DNA of 61,346 bases from contig JAZDFV010000003.1 of NCBI GenBank assembly GCA_043807585.1, forward strand, positions 1-61,346, in the 5' to 3' direction. The notes beneath the pieces are model-generated. The model saw only the letters and a list, made by a program, of their open reading frames with translations. It was not told where the DNA came from and did not search any database. This DNA is from Candidatus Jorgensenbacteria bacterium. Its GTDB lineage: Bacteria; Patescibacteriota; Minisyncoccia; UBA6257; GWB1-50-10. The position numbers and the translations under genes are program-made. Below, one piece after another: positions 1 through 8,877 of this stretch (its first letter is position 1; every line of letters begins with the position of its first letter).

Positions 1-129
1 ACGCGATCGCGTTTTAATGTGATAAAAATATGAAAGCCCTAAGATTCTGTAGAACCAAAGGGCTTTTTGATACATTACTACTTCACCAGCACCATCCACT
101 TTGTTTCGGTGAAAGCGCCGGCTTTCAGC
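1..129. repeat. 129-bp perfect direct repeat of 9034-9162 (palindrome half, terminator, CTD 3' end)
   Basis: Base-by-base comparison with 9034-9162; first mismatch at 130/9163. Confidence 0.9.
33..66. terminator. Hairpin terminator downstream of CTD tail 1
   Basis: aaagccct...agggcttt stem followed by T-tract; identical copy at 9066-9099. Confidence 0.75.
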
Positions 130-170
130 CGATAGAAATAGATGCCGCTGGGATATTTCTGTGCGTCCCA
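78..170 (-). pseudogene. Orphan 3' fragment of T9SS type A CTD (tail 1)
   Basis: Translates WDAQKYPSGIYFYRLKAGAFTETKWMVLVK*; in-frame TGA a few codons upstream; matches C-terminus of 9111-10406. Confidence 0.9.
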
Positions 171-181
171 GGAAATCTGCA

Positions 182-373
182 TCAATGGACCCTCGGATCA
201 TCGTAGTTCTCACTCGATACAATCGAGGAAGATGCGAGGCTGGGGAGAAACTCTCTGCCTCCACCGCAGGTTGGACATATTTCTGTTCTGCCCAAACTGT
301 TCTTGTATTCCTCTCCGCGGCAGGTGGGGCAATCTCCCGGTCTCAGGAGAAAATCGCGCGCTATTTCAGACAT
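182..373 (-). CDS. 63-aa Cys-rich peptide with two CPTCxG motifs (zinc-finger-like, Z1)
   Basis: ORF with AAGGTG-like RBS and upstream sigma70-like promoter; positional and motif counterpart at 11097-11294. Confidence 0.65.
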   Translation of the reverse strand: MSEIARDFLLRPGDCPTCRGEEYKNSLGRTEICPTCGGGREFLPSLASSSIVSSENYDDPRVH

Positions 374-455
374 ATCATCACCTTATTGATTGTTTGAGTC
401 GTAAAAAGTCAATCTTAAACCTTCTGAAAAGAAGAATACGCCGCTTCTAATGCTT

Positions 456-491
456 GTCAAATTCCACGGGCCTTAGCCCGTGGAATTTGAC
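456..491. repeat. Perfect 16-bp-arm hairpin (ccacgggc-ctta-gcccgtgg, IS200/IS605/REP-like) whose arms carry TTGAC boxes
   Basis: gtcaaattccacgggc / gcccgtggaatttgac read directly. Confidence 0.75.
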
Positions 492-560
492 TTAACCACC
501 GAAACTAAGTAATGTTGCTATAGTAATTTCTCAGGCATCACAATTATAGGAGAAACGCGT

Positions 561-686
561 ATGGAAAAACAAACTAGTGGTTGTCCGGAAAGAATTGACG
601 GAAACTCCATTGATTACCAGGCAGGAGAGCCGCAAGAAAGGGCGGGAGATCCCGATATCACGAATGTTGATTGTGAAAATTTCTAG
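561..686 (+). CDS. 41-aa acidic peptide MEKQTSGCPERIDGNSIDYQAGEPQERAGDPDITNVDCENF (IDY peptide 1)
   Basis: Below ORF-track cutoff; AGGAG RBS, TTGACT-17-TAATGT promoter, terminator behind it; resembles 11612-11752. Confidence 0.7.
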   Translation: MEKQTSGCPERIDGNSIDYQAGEPQERAGDPDITNVDCENF

Positions 687-730
687 TTTCGCACAATTCG
701 GGTGTGCTATGGTCACGCCCGTGCAATATT

Positions 731-768
731 AAACCCGTAACGCATGTCAATGACCACGTTACGGGTTT
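731..768. terminator. Terminator between convergent peptide and rSAM genes
   Basis: aaacccgtaacg...cgttacgggttt plus T-tract. Confidence 0.8.
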
Positions 769-791
769 TTTTGTCTCCCTTAAAATGACGT

Positions 792-1883
792 TCAGATTCC
801 TTCATTTGCTTTCAACTTCTCCTCAAGGATATTGAAGACCGCCTTGCGAGAGCCACAGTAAAAATATTTATCACCCATACTGCCATCTGCCGATAAATTC
901 CGGTAATCCGTACAGCCACCATGGCATATGGAAAACCAGTGGCAACCCAAACAACCAGTTGGGGGTTTCCTCACGGACAACAAAAATTGTCGGTAATTCT
1001 CACCTTGCAATATGTCGATAAGCCGTTCGGAAAGAATGTTGCCAAGAACGTCGGCTTCACCATTTCTGCTATGACATGGCCTCACATTTCCACTAGGGTA
1101 AATATCTAAGAACTGCTCGCATAGGCCGGAGTAGATACAAGCGGACGGATTGCCACCAAGCATGCCACGCATCGGGTCAATGAACTGTCTTATTTCGACT
1201 GTCGGATCATCTTCTTCAAGCCAGATGAGAAGTATCTTTTCCAGAAAAGTGGAGAATGCGGGATCACTGACTGAAAAGTCGCATACATTTCCCTCATTAT
1301 CCATTTCAAAAGCAGGATTAAACGCCATCTTTTTTACTCCAACATCCTTCAGAAAGCGATAAATCTCTTCAGGAAAATTAGCGCTGTGGGAAGTGACAAC
1401 AGTGATTGTACCGAAATTCAATTCCTCTTCCCGACAATATCGTATACCACGCATAACCTGCGGAAATGATCCCTGTCCACCGACAGCTTTCCTATAATAA
1501 TCATGGATTCCTTCCGGGCCATCAATACTAATACCAACCCGAAAATTGTTCTCCTTAAAAAACCTCGCCCATTTCTTATCAATTAGAACTCCGTTGGTCT
1601 GGACGCCGTTTATAATGTGGGTATTTTCTTTTTTGTATCTCCCTTGAAATTTTAGGGCGGTGCCAAAAAAGTCCATACCTGCCAGTAGCGGCTCGCCGCC
1701 ATGCCAAAGGAAATTACAGGAATCACTATTTATTTCAAGAATCTGCTCTGTTAATTTCTCTAACACTGACAGCGGCATTATACTATCGGATTTCACATTC
1801 TGATCCATGTATCTGTAGAAACAATAGGCGCAACGCAAATCACAGGCGATGTCAGCGCATTTGATTATAGGAAATACTTTCAT
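792..1883 (-). CDS. Radical SAM/SPASM enzyme, anaerobic sulfatase maturase-like (family includes peptide cyclophane maturases)
   Basis: CDLRCAYC, FLWHGGEPLL, QTNG, ISIDGP and SPASM Cys clusters; start MKVF at 1883 with AAGGAG RBS. Confidence 0.9.
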   Translation of the reverse strand: MKVFPIIKCADIACDLRCAYCFYRYMDQNVKSDSIMPLSVLEKLTEQILEINSDSCNFLWHGGEPLLAGMDFFGTALKFQGRYKKENTHIINGVQTNGVLIDKKWARFFKENNFRVGISIDGPEGIHDYYRKAVGGQGSFPQVMRGIRYCREEELNFGTITVVTSHSANFPEEIYRFLKDVGVKKMAFNPAFEMDNEGNVCDFSVSDPAFSTFLEKILLIWLEEDDPTVEIRQFIDPMRGMLGGNPSACIYSGLCEQFLDIYPSGNVRPCHSRNGEADVLGNILSERLIDILQGENYRQFLLSVRKPPTGCLGCHWFSICHGGCTDYRNLSADGSMGDKYFYCGSRKAVFNILEEKLKANEGI

Positions 1884-1965
1884 GACCGTGCTCTCCTTTT
1901 TTGGGGTTGGTAAAAAACTTGCTTTACTGTAAAACAAGAGCTCTTTCACGTCAATACCGAGGTAA

Positions 1966-2277
1966 TGTGCAAGGACATTTGGCACCATGCGAGATATGCT
2001 CGGCACATGGCAATCAACATAGCATCGTCCACTACCTAATTGACCTCGGCAAGCCTGCCTAGAACGGCATCGTGGAACGCTCCCACCACTCCGAATCAGG
2101 AGTCCTTCTACGACCGGAACGTCTTCGCCTCGCTCCCCAAGTTGCGCCGGAAGCTGCGGGTGTGGAATACTCGGTACAACAACCTTGTGCACTGCGGGCT
2201 GAACGGTCGGAGCCCGAATCAATATCTTACCAAATATACCCCGTCACCGACGGTGCCAAATGTCCGTGCCTAAAACA
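1966..2277 (+). mobile_element. Internally deleted IS481-like element with frameshifted integrase-core C-terminus
   Basis: NGIVERSHHS/(D)QESFY...WNTRYNN...GLNGRSP; 18-bp inverted repeats with 1 mismatch at 1969-1986 and 2252-2269; TGT...ACA ends. Confidence 0.7.
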
Positions 2278-3261
2278 TTTCCTGTTTACCAAAATATTGA
2301 GAAAACTATGAACAAATTTCAGAAAATCCTTATCCACCCCTCTATGATTAAAGTGATAGAAGGCAACCACCGGGTACAGTTCCCATACCAATACTTTCAT
2401 TAAATCGTCGTAATTATCAAACTTCACATTAGGGCGCTTTAGGAGAACATCGGTCGTCGGTTCGTAGGCTCTAAAGACTCCAGAACAGAAATAACCAAAA
2501 GGAGCGCAGGATTCGGTTATTATTTCCTGTAAGAAATTTTTAGGTTCGCGGTCTTTTGATATAAAACGTGGCAGAGCCAATTTATTATCTCGTAAGAACC
2601 GAGACAAGATACGTTGTATAGGATTACCATCAACGAATGTATGAGCGGCCTCATGCGCAAGCACACTGACGCCACTGCCGACGTTCCAATCATTGAGTTT
2701 AAACACGGGGACTTCAAGAGTTATATCGTCTTTTCCAAGATTAGCGCCGCCCGAAACAGACCGTTTTATCGAGGGAGACGCTATAAGATGCACCTTCATC
2801 AATTTTGACGATTTGCCTCCCAAGAAATGCTCTATGCCCGCGAACATGTTTCTAACATTATCTTTGCGCAACTCCCCGTCTATTTTTCGTTGCCAATTCT
2901 TGATCGCAAGTTGCTCCCAAGTCTTCTCAAATCTTGGTGTAAATATGTGGAATGCCTCCTTTACTATTTGTAAATCATCTCCGTCTAAGAATTCGGTGAT
3001 TGCCTTCCACTTCCTTCCCTCGGTGGGAATAAAAAATGGCATTCCGAGATAAATGGATTTCCCATTCCTGTAGGAAAAACCGCGTTGTTGCATTACTGCC
3101 TTAAACCGGCGCAAAGATTTTTTCTCTCCGTTACTTAGCGGTCCGGTTAACGCCTGGCATGCCTCATTGTAATCAAGACGACAAGAAAAATGCCATTCCG
3201 ACAAGTTGGAAATGAAGAAGAAGAGATTCTCTGTTTTTGAAATGACAAATCGGAATTTCAT
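2227..3261 (-). CDS. Hypothetical HExxH-motif protein (metallopeptidase or peptide-tailoring enzyme)
   Basis: 344-aa ORF with LAHEAAHT; lies between precursor and rSAM; last ~16 aa derive from the IS relic. Confidence 0.7.
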   Translation of the reverse strand: MKFRFVISKTENLFFFISNLSEWHFSCRLDYNEACQALTGPLSNGEKKSLRRFKAVMQQRGFSYRNGKSIYLGMPFFIPTEGRKWKAITEFLDGDDLQIVKEAFHIFTPRFEKTWEQLAIKNWQRKIDGELRKDNVRNMFAGIEHFLGGKSSKLMKVHLIASPSIKRSVSGGANLGKDDITLEVPVFKLNDWNVGSGVSVLAHEAAHTFVDGNPIQRILSRFLRDNKLALPRFISKDREPKNFLQEIITESCAPFGYFCSGVFRAYEPTTDVLLKRPNVKFDNYDDLMKVLVWELYPVVAFYHFNHRGVDKDFLKFVHSFLNILVNRKCFRHGHLAPSVTGYIW

Positions 3262-3328
3262 ACTCTTTATTCTATCAAAAAAACAACCCCTTATGAATCA
3301 GGGGTTGAAAGCAAATCTTCTCTCGTGG

Positions 3329-3493
3329 TTAGTCGACCGCTTTGTCGTGGTCGCCAGTGGAATGGTCGTTGTAGCTTGGTCCGTCGCCGTGGCAAGATAA
3401 CCTTTTCTGGTTAATCTCGGCCCTCACGCGACTGATGATTTTGCTACCGATACCGACCTTCCGCATCGAGTTGCTACTGGAGGTTTGTTCCAT
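3329..3493 (-). CDS. 54-aa putative RiPP precursor, core SCHGDGPSYNDHSTGDHDKAVD
   Basis: Promoter, AAAGGGAG RBS and downstream hairpin (3283-3307); first gene of the operon with HExxH and rSAM. Confidence 0.75.
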   Translation of the reverse strand: MEQTSSSNSMRKVGIGSKIISRVRAEINQKRLSCHGDGPSYNDHSTGDHDKAVD

Positions 3494-3551
3494 GATCGTA
3501 GCTCCCTTTAAGGAAGTGATTGAAAACAGTGAACTAAAACGGACTAAAACT

Positions 3552-3580
3552 AATATACTCTGCGACATTACAAAGGTCAA
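3552..3580 (-). promoter_or_regulatory. Sigma70 promoter TTGACC-17-TATATT for precursor operon
   Basis: Read from reverse complement; lies just past the CTD tail 2 terminator. Confidence 0.7.
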
Positions 3581-3623
3581 CTCCTTAGTTAGGACGCCAA
3601 AAACTCGACAGTTATACAACTCA

Positions 3624-3656
3624 AAAGGGCTGATGAGTTTTTCTCATCAGCCCTTT
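3624..3656. terminator. Terminator after CTD tail 2 (aaagggctgat...atcagcccttt family)
   Basis: Stem family shared with 8946, 10984 and 15205. Confidence 0.8.
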
Positions 3657-3658
3657 GG

Positions 3659-3880
3659 TTACTTGAGCAGAATCATCTTCCTCGTTGCCACGAAGCCGTT
3701 GGCTTCGAAACGGTAGAGATAGACGCCGCTGGGATACTTCTCTGCGTTCCAGACGATCCGGTGGACACCCGCTTCCTTCTCTTCCGCCACGAGTGTTGTG
3801 AGTTCCTGTCCGAGAAGGTTCAGCACGGTGAGTTTCACCGTTGAACGCTTCGGAAGCGCGAACTCAATCGTCGTCGTGGG
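3659..3880 (-). pseudogene. Orphan, nearly complete T9SS CTD fragment (tail 2)
   Basis: Translates PTTTIEFALPKRS...SGVYLYRFEANGFVATRKMILLK*; no start or propeller domain; closest to the C-terminus of 13337-14632. Confidence 0.9.
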
Positions 3881-3959
3881 ATAAATCGCGCCGTCTCACT
3901 CCCTTATATTGGACATATCACCGAAATGGGATTATTTTCAATACAACAAGATTTTAATT

Positions 3960-4490
3960 ATGGAGCTCAAGGAGAGGAATTCGCCTGTTATAAAAGAACG
4001 TTTTTTGCAATTTATCGAGACCTTGCGAGGCAAAATTGTTTTCGCATTTATTTGTGGCAGTGTAGCTAAAAATAGAACCGATGTTGGGAGCGACATAGAC
4101 GTTTTTATATGTGTAAAAGTTCTTGGCGCAGATTTTAAAACGAGATTTAGAAAATGGTATGAGAGAGTTCACCGAGATTTAAAATTTAAACCGGACAACG
4201 TGTTTCCTGGAGAAATCATGACACTGCAAAAACTTGACGCGAATCTGAGGAAGGCACAAAAGAGCACTCCGAACAAAAACATTAAGGATAGAGGTGTACA
4301 TGATGGCGTTGTATGGGCGGGAATGTTGTGTTCAAAAACTTTAGGATTCGTAGGCAATAGAAACGTATTTTTATTGAGAAAAACACTCGCGAAAAAGATT
4401 CTTATCGGGTGGAAGAAAGATTTGATGCAAAAATTTAAAGCGATGAGCTCCGACTCATTTCTCAAGGAAATAGTAAAGTACGAAAAATAA
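3960..4490 (+). CDS. Polymerase-beta-type nucleotidyltransferase domain protein
   Basis: GSVA...SDIDV motif; likely start MELK at 3960. Confidence 0.8.
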   Translation: MELKERNSPVIKERFLQFIETLRGKIVFAFICGSVAKNRTDVGSDIDVFICVKVLGADFKTRFRKWYERVHRDLKFKPDNVFPGEIMTLQKLDANLRKAQKSTPNKNIKDRGVHDGVVWAGMLCSKTLGFVGNRNVFLLRKTLAKKILIGWKKDLMQKFKAMSSDSFLKEIVKYEK

Positions 4491-4497
4491 TAATAGC

Positions 4498-5718
4498 ATG
4501 GTTGGAAACCCAACAATCAAAGAAAAAACGCAAGAGCTCTCTAGTTTATTAGAACTAAAAAGAGAGGATATTATAGAGGTGCTTTTGGAATATGAAAGTT
4601 ATACCACCGCCATTGACGAATTAGAACGCTCACTGAAATGTCTCCACAATATTGATTCAGAGCTCGAATATTTGACATATGGAAAGGTCGATACCATTAG
4701 CGCCTTCTTTCCGTTAAATTTACCTTTGTATTCTACTATATTGTTTGGCGTGGTCCCCGGTTTTATGGCCAACAAAATCTACATAAGGCCACCCTTATTA
4801 ATGCGGGGCGTTCTGCGAAAAATTCACTCACTTCTACATCTAAAAAATGTTTTACCCGACATGAAAATTATTGAGTTGGAGAGGCACCTTTTCCTTGACG
4901 GTTATGCCTCGATTTCCGATGTAATACTTTTCACAGGCAGATACGAAAACGCAAAAGCTGTCGAGGAAAGTTGTATGGCGCCACTCTTCATTTTTAATGG
5001 TGCTGGGATTAATCCTGTTGTGATAACAAAATCTGCCGACATAGAATTAGCCACCCAGAAAACTATGGAGATGAGACTGTTCAATAGCGGCCAAGACTGT
5101 GCTGGACCCGATGCTATCCTAGTTGATCAACGCGTGCTATCAGAATTTATGGGAACCCTACTCAAGAAACTCGCGACTGTGAAAATAGGAAGTTATTTAG
5201 ATAAAAAGGTTCAGGTAGGCAGATTAATAGATAGCAAACACGTTTTATTCATCGGCAAAATTTTAAGCGGATTGAGGGAGAAAATAATATACGGAGGTGC
5301 CGTCAACTACAAAGATTCAATTGTGTACCCGACTGTCATATTGGATACGTTAGAAGATGGAAGTTTAAACTATCAAGAGTTTTTTGCGCCCGTTTTTTAC
5401 GTTCTGCCGTTTACAAACATGGGCAAGCTCGATTCTTATTTTCTTGCCGAAGAATATGTTGATAATGCAATGTACGTTTCCGTATTCGGAGGATCGCCAG
5501 AATATACATCACACATCAAGGGTTCGGTAATATTGAAGGATAAGATAATAAACGATGTAGAAGAAGGCAATAAGCCATATGGAGGCTACGGGGAAAGGGC
5601 GAACTTTGTTGCTTCCAATGGTAAAATGACCCACAGCCCGATTCTAATTTCAAGAACGCTTTGCAATCATCTAAAGTCCTTGCCGCTTAATAAAACCGCA
5701 GTATCAGAACGTTCCTAA
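4498..5718 (+). CDS. Aldehyde dehydrogenase family protein
   Basis: FNSGQDC catalytic Cys, FTG, EFFAPV, PYGGYG motifs. Confidence 0.85.
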   Translation: MVGNPTIKEKTQELSSLLELKREDIIEVLLEYESYTTAIDELERSLKCLHNIDSELEYLTYGKVDTISAFFPLNLPLYSTILFGVVPGFMANKIYIRPPLLMRGVLRKIHSLLHLKNVLPDMKIIELERHLFLDGYASISDVILFTGRYENAKAVEESCMAPLFIFNGAGINPVVITKSADIELATQKTMEMRLFNSGQDCAGPDAILVDQRVLSEFMGTLLKKLATVKIGSYLDKKVQVGRLIDSKHVLFIGKILSGLREKIIYGGAVNYKDSIVYPTVILDTLEDGSLNYQEFFAPVFYVLPFTNMGKLDSYFLAEEYVDNAMYVSVFGGSPEYTSHIKGSVILKDKIINDVEEGNKPYGGYGERANFVASNGKMTHSPILISRTLCNHLKSLPLNKTAVSERS

Positions 5719-5733
5719 ATCGAGACCAAACTT

Positions 5734-6675
5734 ATGCGCCAGCACAAAACAGTCGATAACTCCATTAGCTCGGACGACCTATCTGGGATCAGAAAGCGAT
5801 ACCCGTGGATAAAGATGTTCTCGGGGGACATAGAGTGTTATATACCGCCGGGATATTACGATAAGTTATTAAAAGAATACACCTTCGGTGGCAAGTCAGA
5901 TTTGGATATCTTCCGATTATATTTAAAATCTCTAACACTGAAGCCGGGTTGCCGAGTGTTAGAATTGGGTGGCGGTACGGGGAGAGCGACGAAGGTATTT
6001 CTTGACGCAATAAAGAATTTTGGAGCACTAGACGTAATCGATTTAAGCCCTGGAATGGTGTCCTATTTATCGAGGAGGTTCAGTAGGAATAGAAACGTGT
6101 TGGTTAGGACAGCCGATAATGTAGATTATTTGAACAAAACAAAAAGAAAGTATGATTTGGTGTATAGTCTTTGGAGTTTTTCCCACTCGGCACATCAACA
6201 CATGGCTGACGAGGGGTTAAGAAGGGGGTCAAAATATACTGAAAATTCTCTGGAGGGTTTCATAAAGGGAAACATTAATCCACGCGGAAATTTCTTCGTC
6301 ATGCATTTTGACAGTCTGAGTGAGGAACAGAGAATTCTGATGAAGCAGTGGGCGAAAGATTTTCACATTTTTAAGAAAAGGTCTAGACAGTCACCATCCA
6401 AGCGGTTGTTGGATAAAATCTTGAAAAATCTTAATGGCGTTTATATTCACGGACTCACCACTAAATACTATGCAGGTGACCAAATACTATATAATTCGCT
6501 GGACGAATTATTGGAAATTTTCCTTAATTTCCATATGGAAACGGAATACAACAGAAGCCGTTATCTAAAACGTGCGTTACGCGACATATCGAATGACGCG
6601 CATAAATATTGTCAACCAAACGGCACATACCTCATACGCCCGGGCTGTTTCGTTTATTCGTTCCAGAGATTGTAG
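5734..6675 (+). CDS. Class I SAM-dependent methyltransferase
   Basis: VLELGGGTG, IDLSPGM, YDLVY motifs. Confidence 0.85.
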   Translation: MRQHKTVDNSISSDDLSGIRKRYPWIKMFSGDIECYIPPGYYDKLLKEYTFGGKSDLDIFRLYLKSLTLKPGCRVLELGGGTGRATKVFLDAIKNFGALDVIDLSPGMVSYLSRRFSRNRNVLVRTADNVDYLNKTKRKYDLVYSLWSFSHSAHQHMADEGLRRGSKYTENSLEGFIKGNINPRGNFFVMHFDSLSEEQRILMKQWAKDFHIFKKRSRQSPSKRLLDKILKNLNGVYIHGLTTKYYAGDQILYNSLDELLEIFLNFHMETEYNRSRYLKRALRDISNDAHKYCQPNGTYLIRPGCFVYSFQRL

Positions 6676-6735
6676 AACCTGATGAGATTGTAAAAAGGCA
6701 ACCTTTTGTAGAACATCTTTTTGCATATCAACAAG

Positions 6736-6763
6736 AAAGCCACGGACTCATGCCCGTGGCTTT
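6736..6763. terminator. Bidirectional terminator between methyltransferase and argS
   Basis: aaagccacgg...ccgtggcttt. Confidence 0.75.
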
Positions 6764-6770
6764 TTGAGTG

Positions 6771-8621
6771 TTACATTTTTTCAGGAACTCGAATATTCAT
6801 CAAATTGAGTCCTTTTCGGATGACATTCCTTACTGCGGTGATAAGAAGCACCCTTGAGCGAAGCAAGTTCTCTTCCTCTGTTCTTGAGACCGAAACCTCC
6901 GTGTAAAAATTATTGAAGAGTTGAGCTAACTCTTCAAGATACGAAGCGAGAAAATGTATCGCATCAAACCGCTGGGATTTGATAACTACGAAGGGGAAAA
7001 ACATGAGTTTCTTTGCGAGCTCAAATTCACTCCGCGCCTCGAAGTGGGGCAAGAAATCACGAGCGTTTTTAAGCATCTCCCCATTGATACTTCCAACCCT
7101 TTTTAGTATCGAGTTGATTCTCACGCAAGTGTACTGAAGATACGGAGAGCTGCCACCGTCGAAATTGAGCATCTTCTCCCAATTAAAAGAGATATTCTTG
7201 GTTCGTGATTGCCGAAGGTCGTTGTAAAGTATTGCACCGACCCCAACAATTTCTGATACCCTTCCCGTCTCTTCAGGAGTCATGGAAGAACCTTTCGCGG
7301 ATATAACCGCTCGCGACTTCAAGGTTGCTTGATCAATTAGCTCTTCGAGCTCAACCAATGTACCTTTTCTCGTGGACATTTTCTTTCCCTCGGTGAGAAC
7401 CATTCCAAACCCAACATGTTTGGCTTCCGCACCTGTCAGAAGATTGAGTTCCTCGCCAAGCAAGAACAGTTGTTTGAAATTAAGCTCTTGTTCGCTCCCG
7501 ACAACGTACACAATCACGTTTGGCTTGAATGTCTTGACGCGAAATTTCAATGTTGCTAAGTCTCTGGCTATATACAAAGTCGAACCATCCTGCTTCCTTA
7601 GGAGGAAGGATGGCGCGTCTAGGGAATCTACTATGACAGTTTCTGTTCCCTCTTCTTTTCTGGCGATGCCCTTTTCCAGACATTCTTCTATTGTTTCTTG
7701 TGCCAACTCGGAGAAATATCCTTCTCCTATAGAGGTGTCGAATTGGACTCCGAGTTTTTCGTAGGCCTTCTTAAAATCGGCGACGCTCAGATCTCTGAAT
7801 CTTTTCCACAGCTCAGTGATCCTCGGATCGTGCTTCTCGAGTTTCTTGAATATCTCTCTTGCTTCTATCTCCAACTCCGGGTGCTCCTCCGATTCGCGGT
7901 TAAACCTGACGTACAGATCTTTGAGATCCTTAAGTGAACTTTCTGAGGCGCCTTCTGTTCCTTCTCCCCAGCATTCGTATGCGTAGATAAGCTTACCAAA
8001 CTGAGTCCCCCAATCGCCCAAATGGTTGTCCCTTATCTCCGTATACCCTGTTGCCCGGTACACATTGGCTAGGGCCTGCCCAATGATAGTGGACCGTAAG
8101 TGCCCAACGCCTATCGGTTTAGCTATATTAGGAGCAGAGTAGTCAAAGAGGGCAACCCTTTTTGCGTTAACGTCGCTCTCGCCATATTTCTCTCCTAGAG
8201 AGTCGATGGTCAATAATATCTCAGGGTACAAAGTTTCCGATTCCAGTTCTATGTTGACGAATGGACCCTCGTTTTTTGCCGTCTTGATCCATTTTATGTC
8301 GCTCTGGTTGATCACGGAAGATATGGTTCCCGCGATTTTTACTGGATTCTCTTTTAATGATTTTGCTAATTCGAAAACCGGTAGTGCAATATCTCCACTT
8401 ACATGAGCTGGGGGTATTTCAAGCTCCAATCTTTCTAGCTTCGAGGCGTCAAACCTCTCCCGCAGAACACCCTTAATGGCCCTATCAAGCAGTTCTAGTT
8501 GGTAGCTGTGCAAGGATATATAGGATCTTTCCCTTTTCTCGCTTTCAACCCTTGCCAAAGCTTTCTCGATTGAATCGTCGATCTCGGTCCTATAATCCTC
8601 AAATGGGTCACCTTGCTTCAT
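6771..8621 (-). CDS. argS: Arginyl-tRNA synthetase
   Basis: PNIAK...GHLRSTIIG, HLGDWGTQFG, KMSTRKG, YLQY; start MKQG with GAAAGGAG RBS. Confidence 0.95.
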   Translation of the reverse strand: MKQGDPFEDYRTEIDDSIEKALARVESEKRERSYISLHSYQLELLDRAIKGVLRERFDASKLERLELEIPPAHVSGDIALPVFELAKSLKENPVKIAGTISSVINQSDIKWIKTAKNEGPFVNIELESETLYPEILLTIDSLGEKYGESDVNAKRVALFDYSAPNIAKPIGVGHLRSTIIGQALANVYRATGYTEIRDNHLGDWGTQFGKLIYAYECWGEGTEGASESSLKDLKDLYVRFNRESEEHPELEIEAREIFKKLEKHDPRITELWKRFRDLSVADFKKAYEKLGVQFDTSIGEGYFSELAQETIEECLEKGIARKEEGTETVIVDSLDAPSFLLRKQDGSTLYIARDLATLKFRVKTFKPNVIVYVVGSEQELNFKQLFLLGEELNLLTGAEAKHVGFGMVLTEGKKMSTRKGTLVELEELIDQATLKSRAVISAKGSSMTPEETGRVSEIVGVGAILYNDLRQSRTKNISFNWEKMLNFDGGSSPYLQYTCVRINSILKRVGSINGEMLKNARDFLPHFEARSEFELAKKLMFFPFVVIKSQRFDAIHFLASYLEELAQLFNNFYTEVSVSRTEEENLLRSRVLLITAVRNVIRKGLNLMNIRVPEKM

Positions 8622-8808
8622 TTTATTTCTCCTTTCTTGTACTCTTTTCACGAAGGTTTGTTTTGTTTGTAATAAACTACGGTTAGCGTATCCGGTTTCT
8701 AAGTACTTATCAAGTTAAAGCTTTGAGTCGCCGCAATTGGTTGGTTTGCGCGTCTACGATGATATTCTAATAGAATTTACCGTAGCTGGAAAGAATAACA
8801 AAGACATC

Positions 8809-8863
8809 AAAGCCCGATACGATGATTCGTATCGGGCTTTGTTGTTACTTACTTCACGAGCAC
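8809..8863 (-). pseudogene. CTD micro-tail 3 (VLVK*, 8849-8863) plus terminator 8809-8840
   Basis: Terminator aaagcccgatac...gtatcgggcttt nearly identical to 17691-17722 behind the third full gene. Confidence 0.7.
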
Positions 8864-8877
8864 CCTTCCATCCGCAT

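Noticed and set aside
531-716. 61-aa minus-strand ORF as rSAM precursor
   Set aside because: No RBS; it is antisense to the plus-strand 41-aa peptide, which has promoter, RBS, terminator and a paralog.
1884-2222. N-terminal extension of the 476-aa ORF
   Set aside because: Open-frame read-through across the IS relic; the true start has its own AAGGAG RBS at MKVF.
3960-4490. MNT-HEPN toxin-antitoxin
   Set aside because: No adjacent HEPN partner; the gene heads an enzyme operon.
8622-8808. T-box riboswitch before argS
   Set aside because: No T-box consensus or terminator/antiterminator visible.
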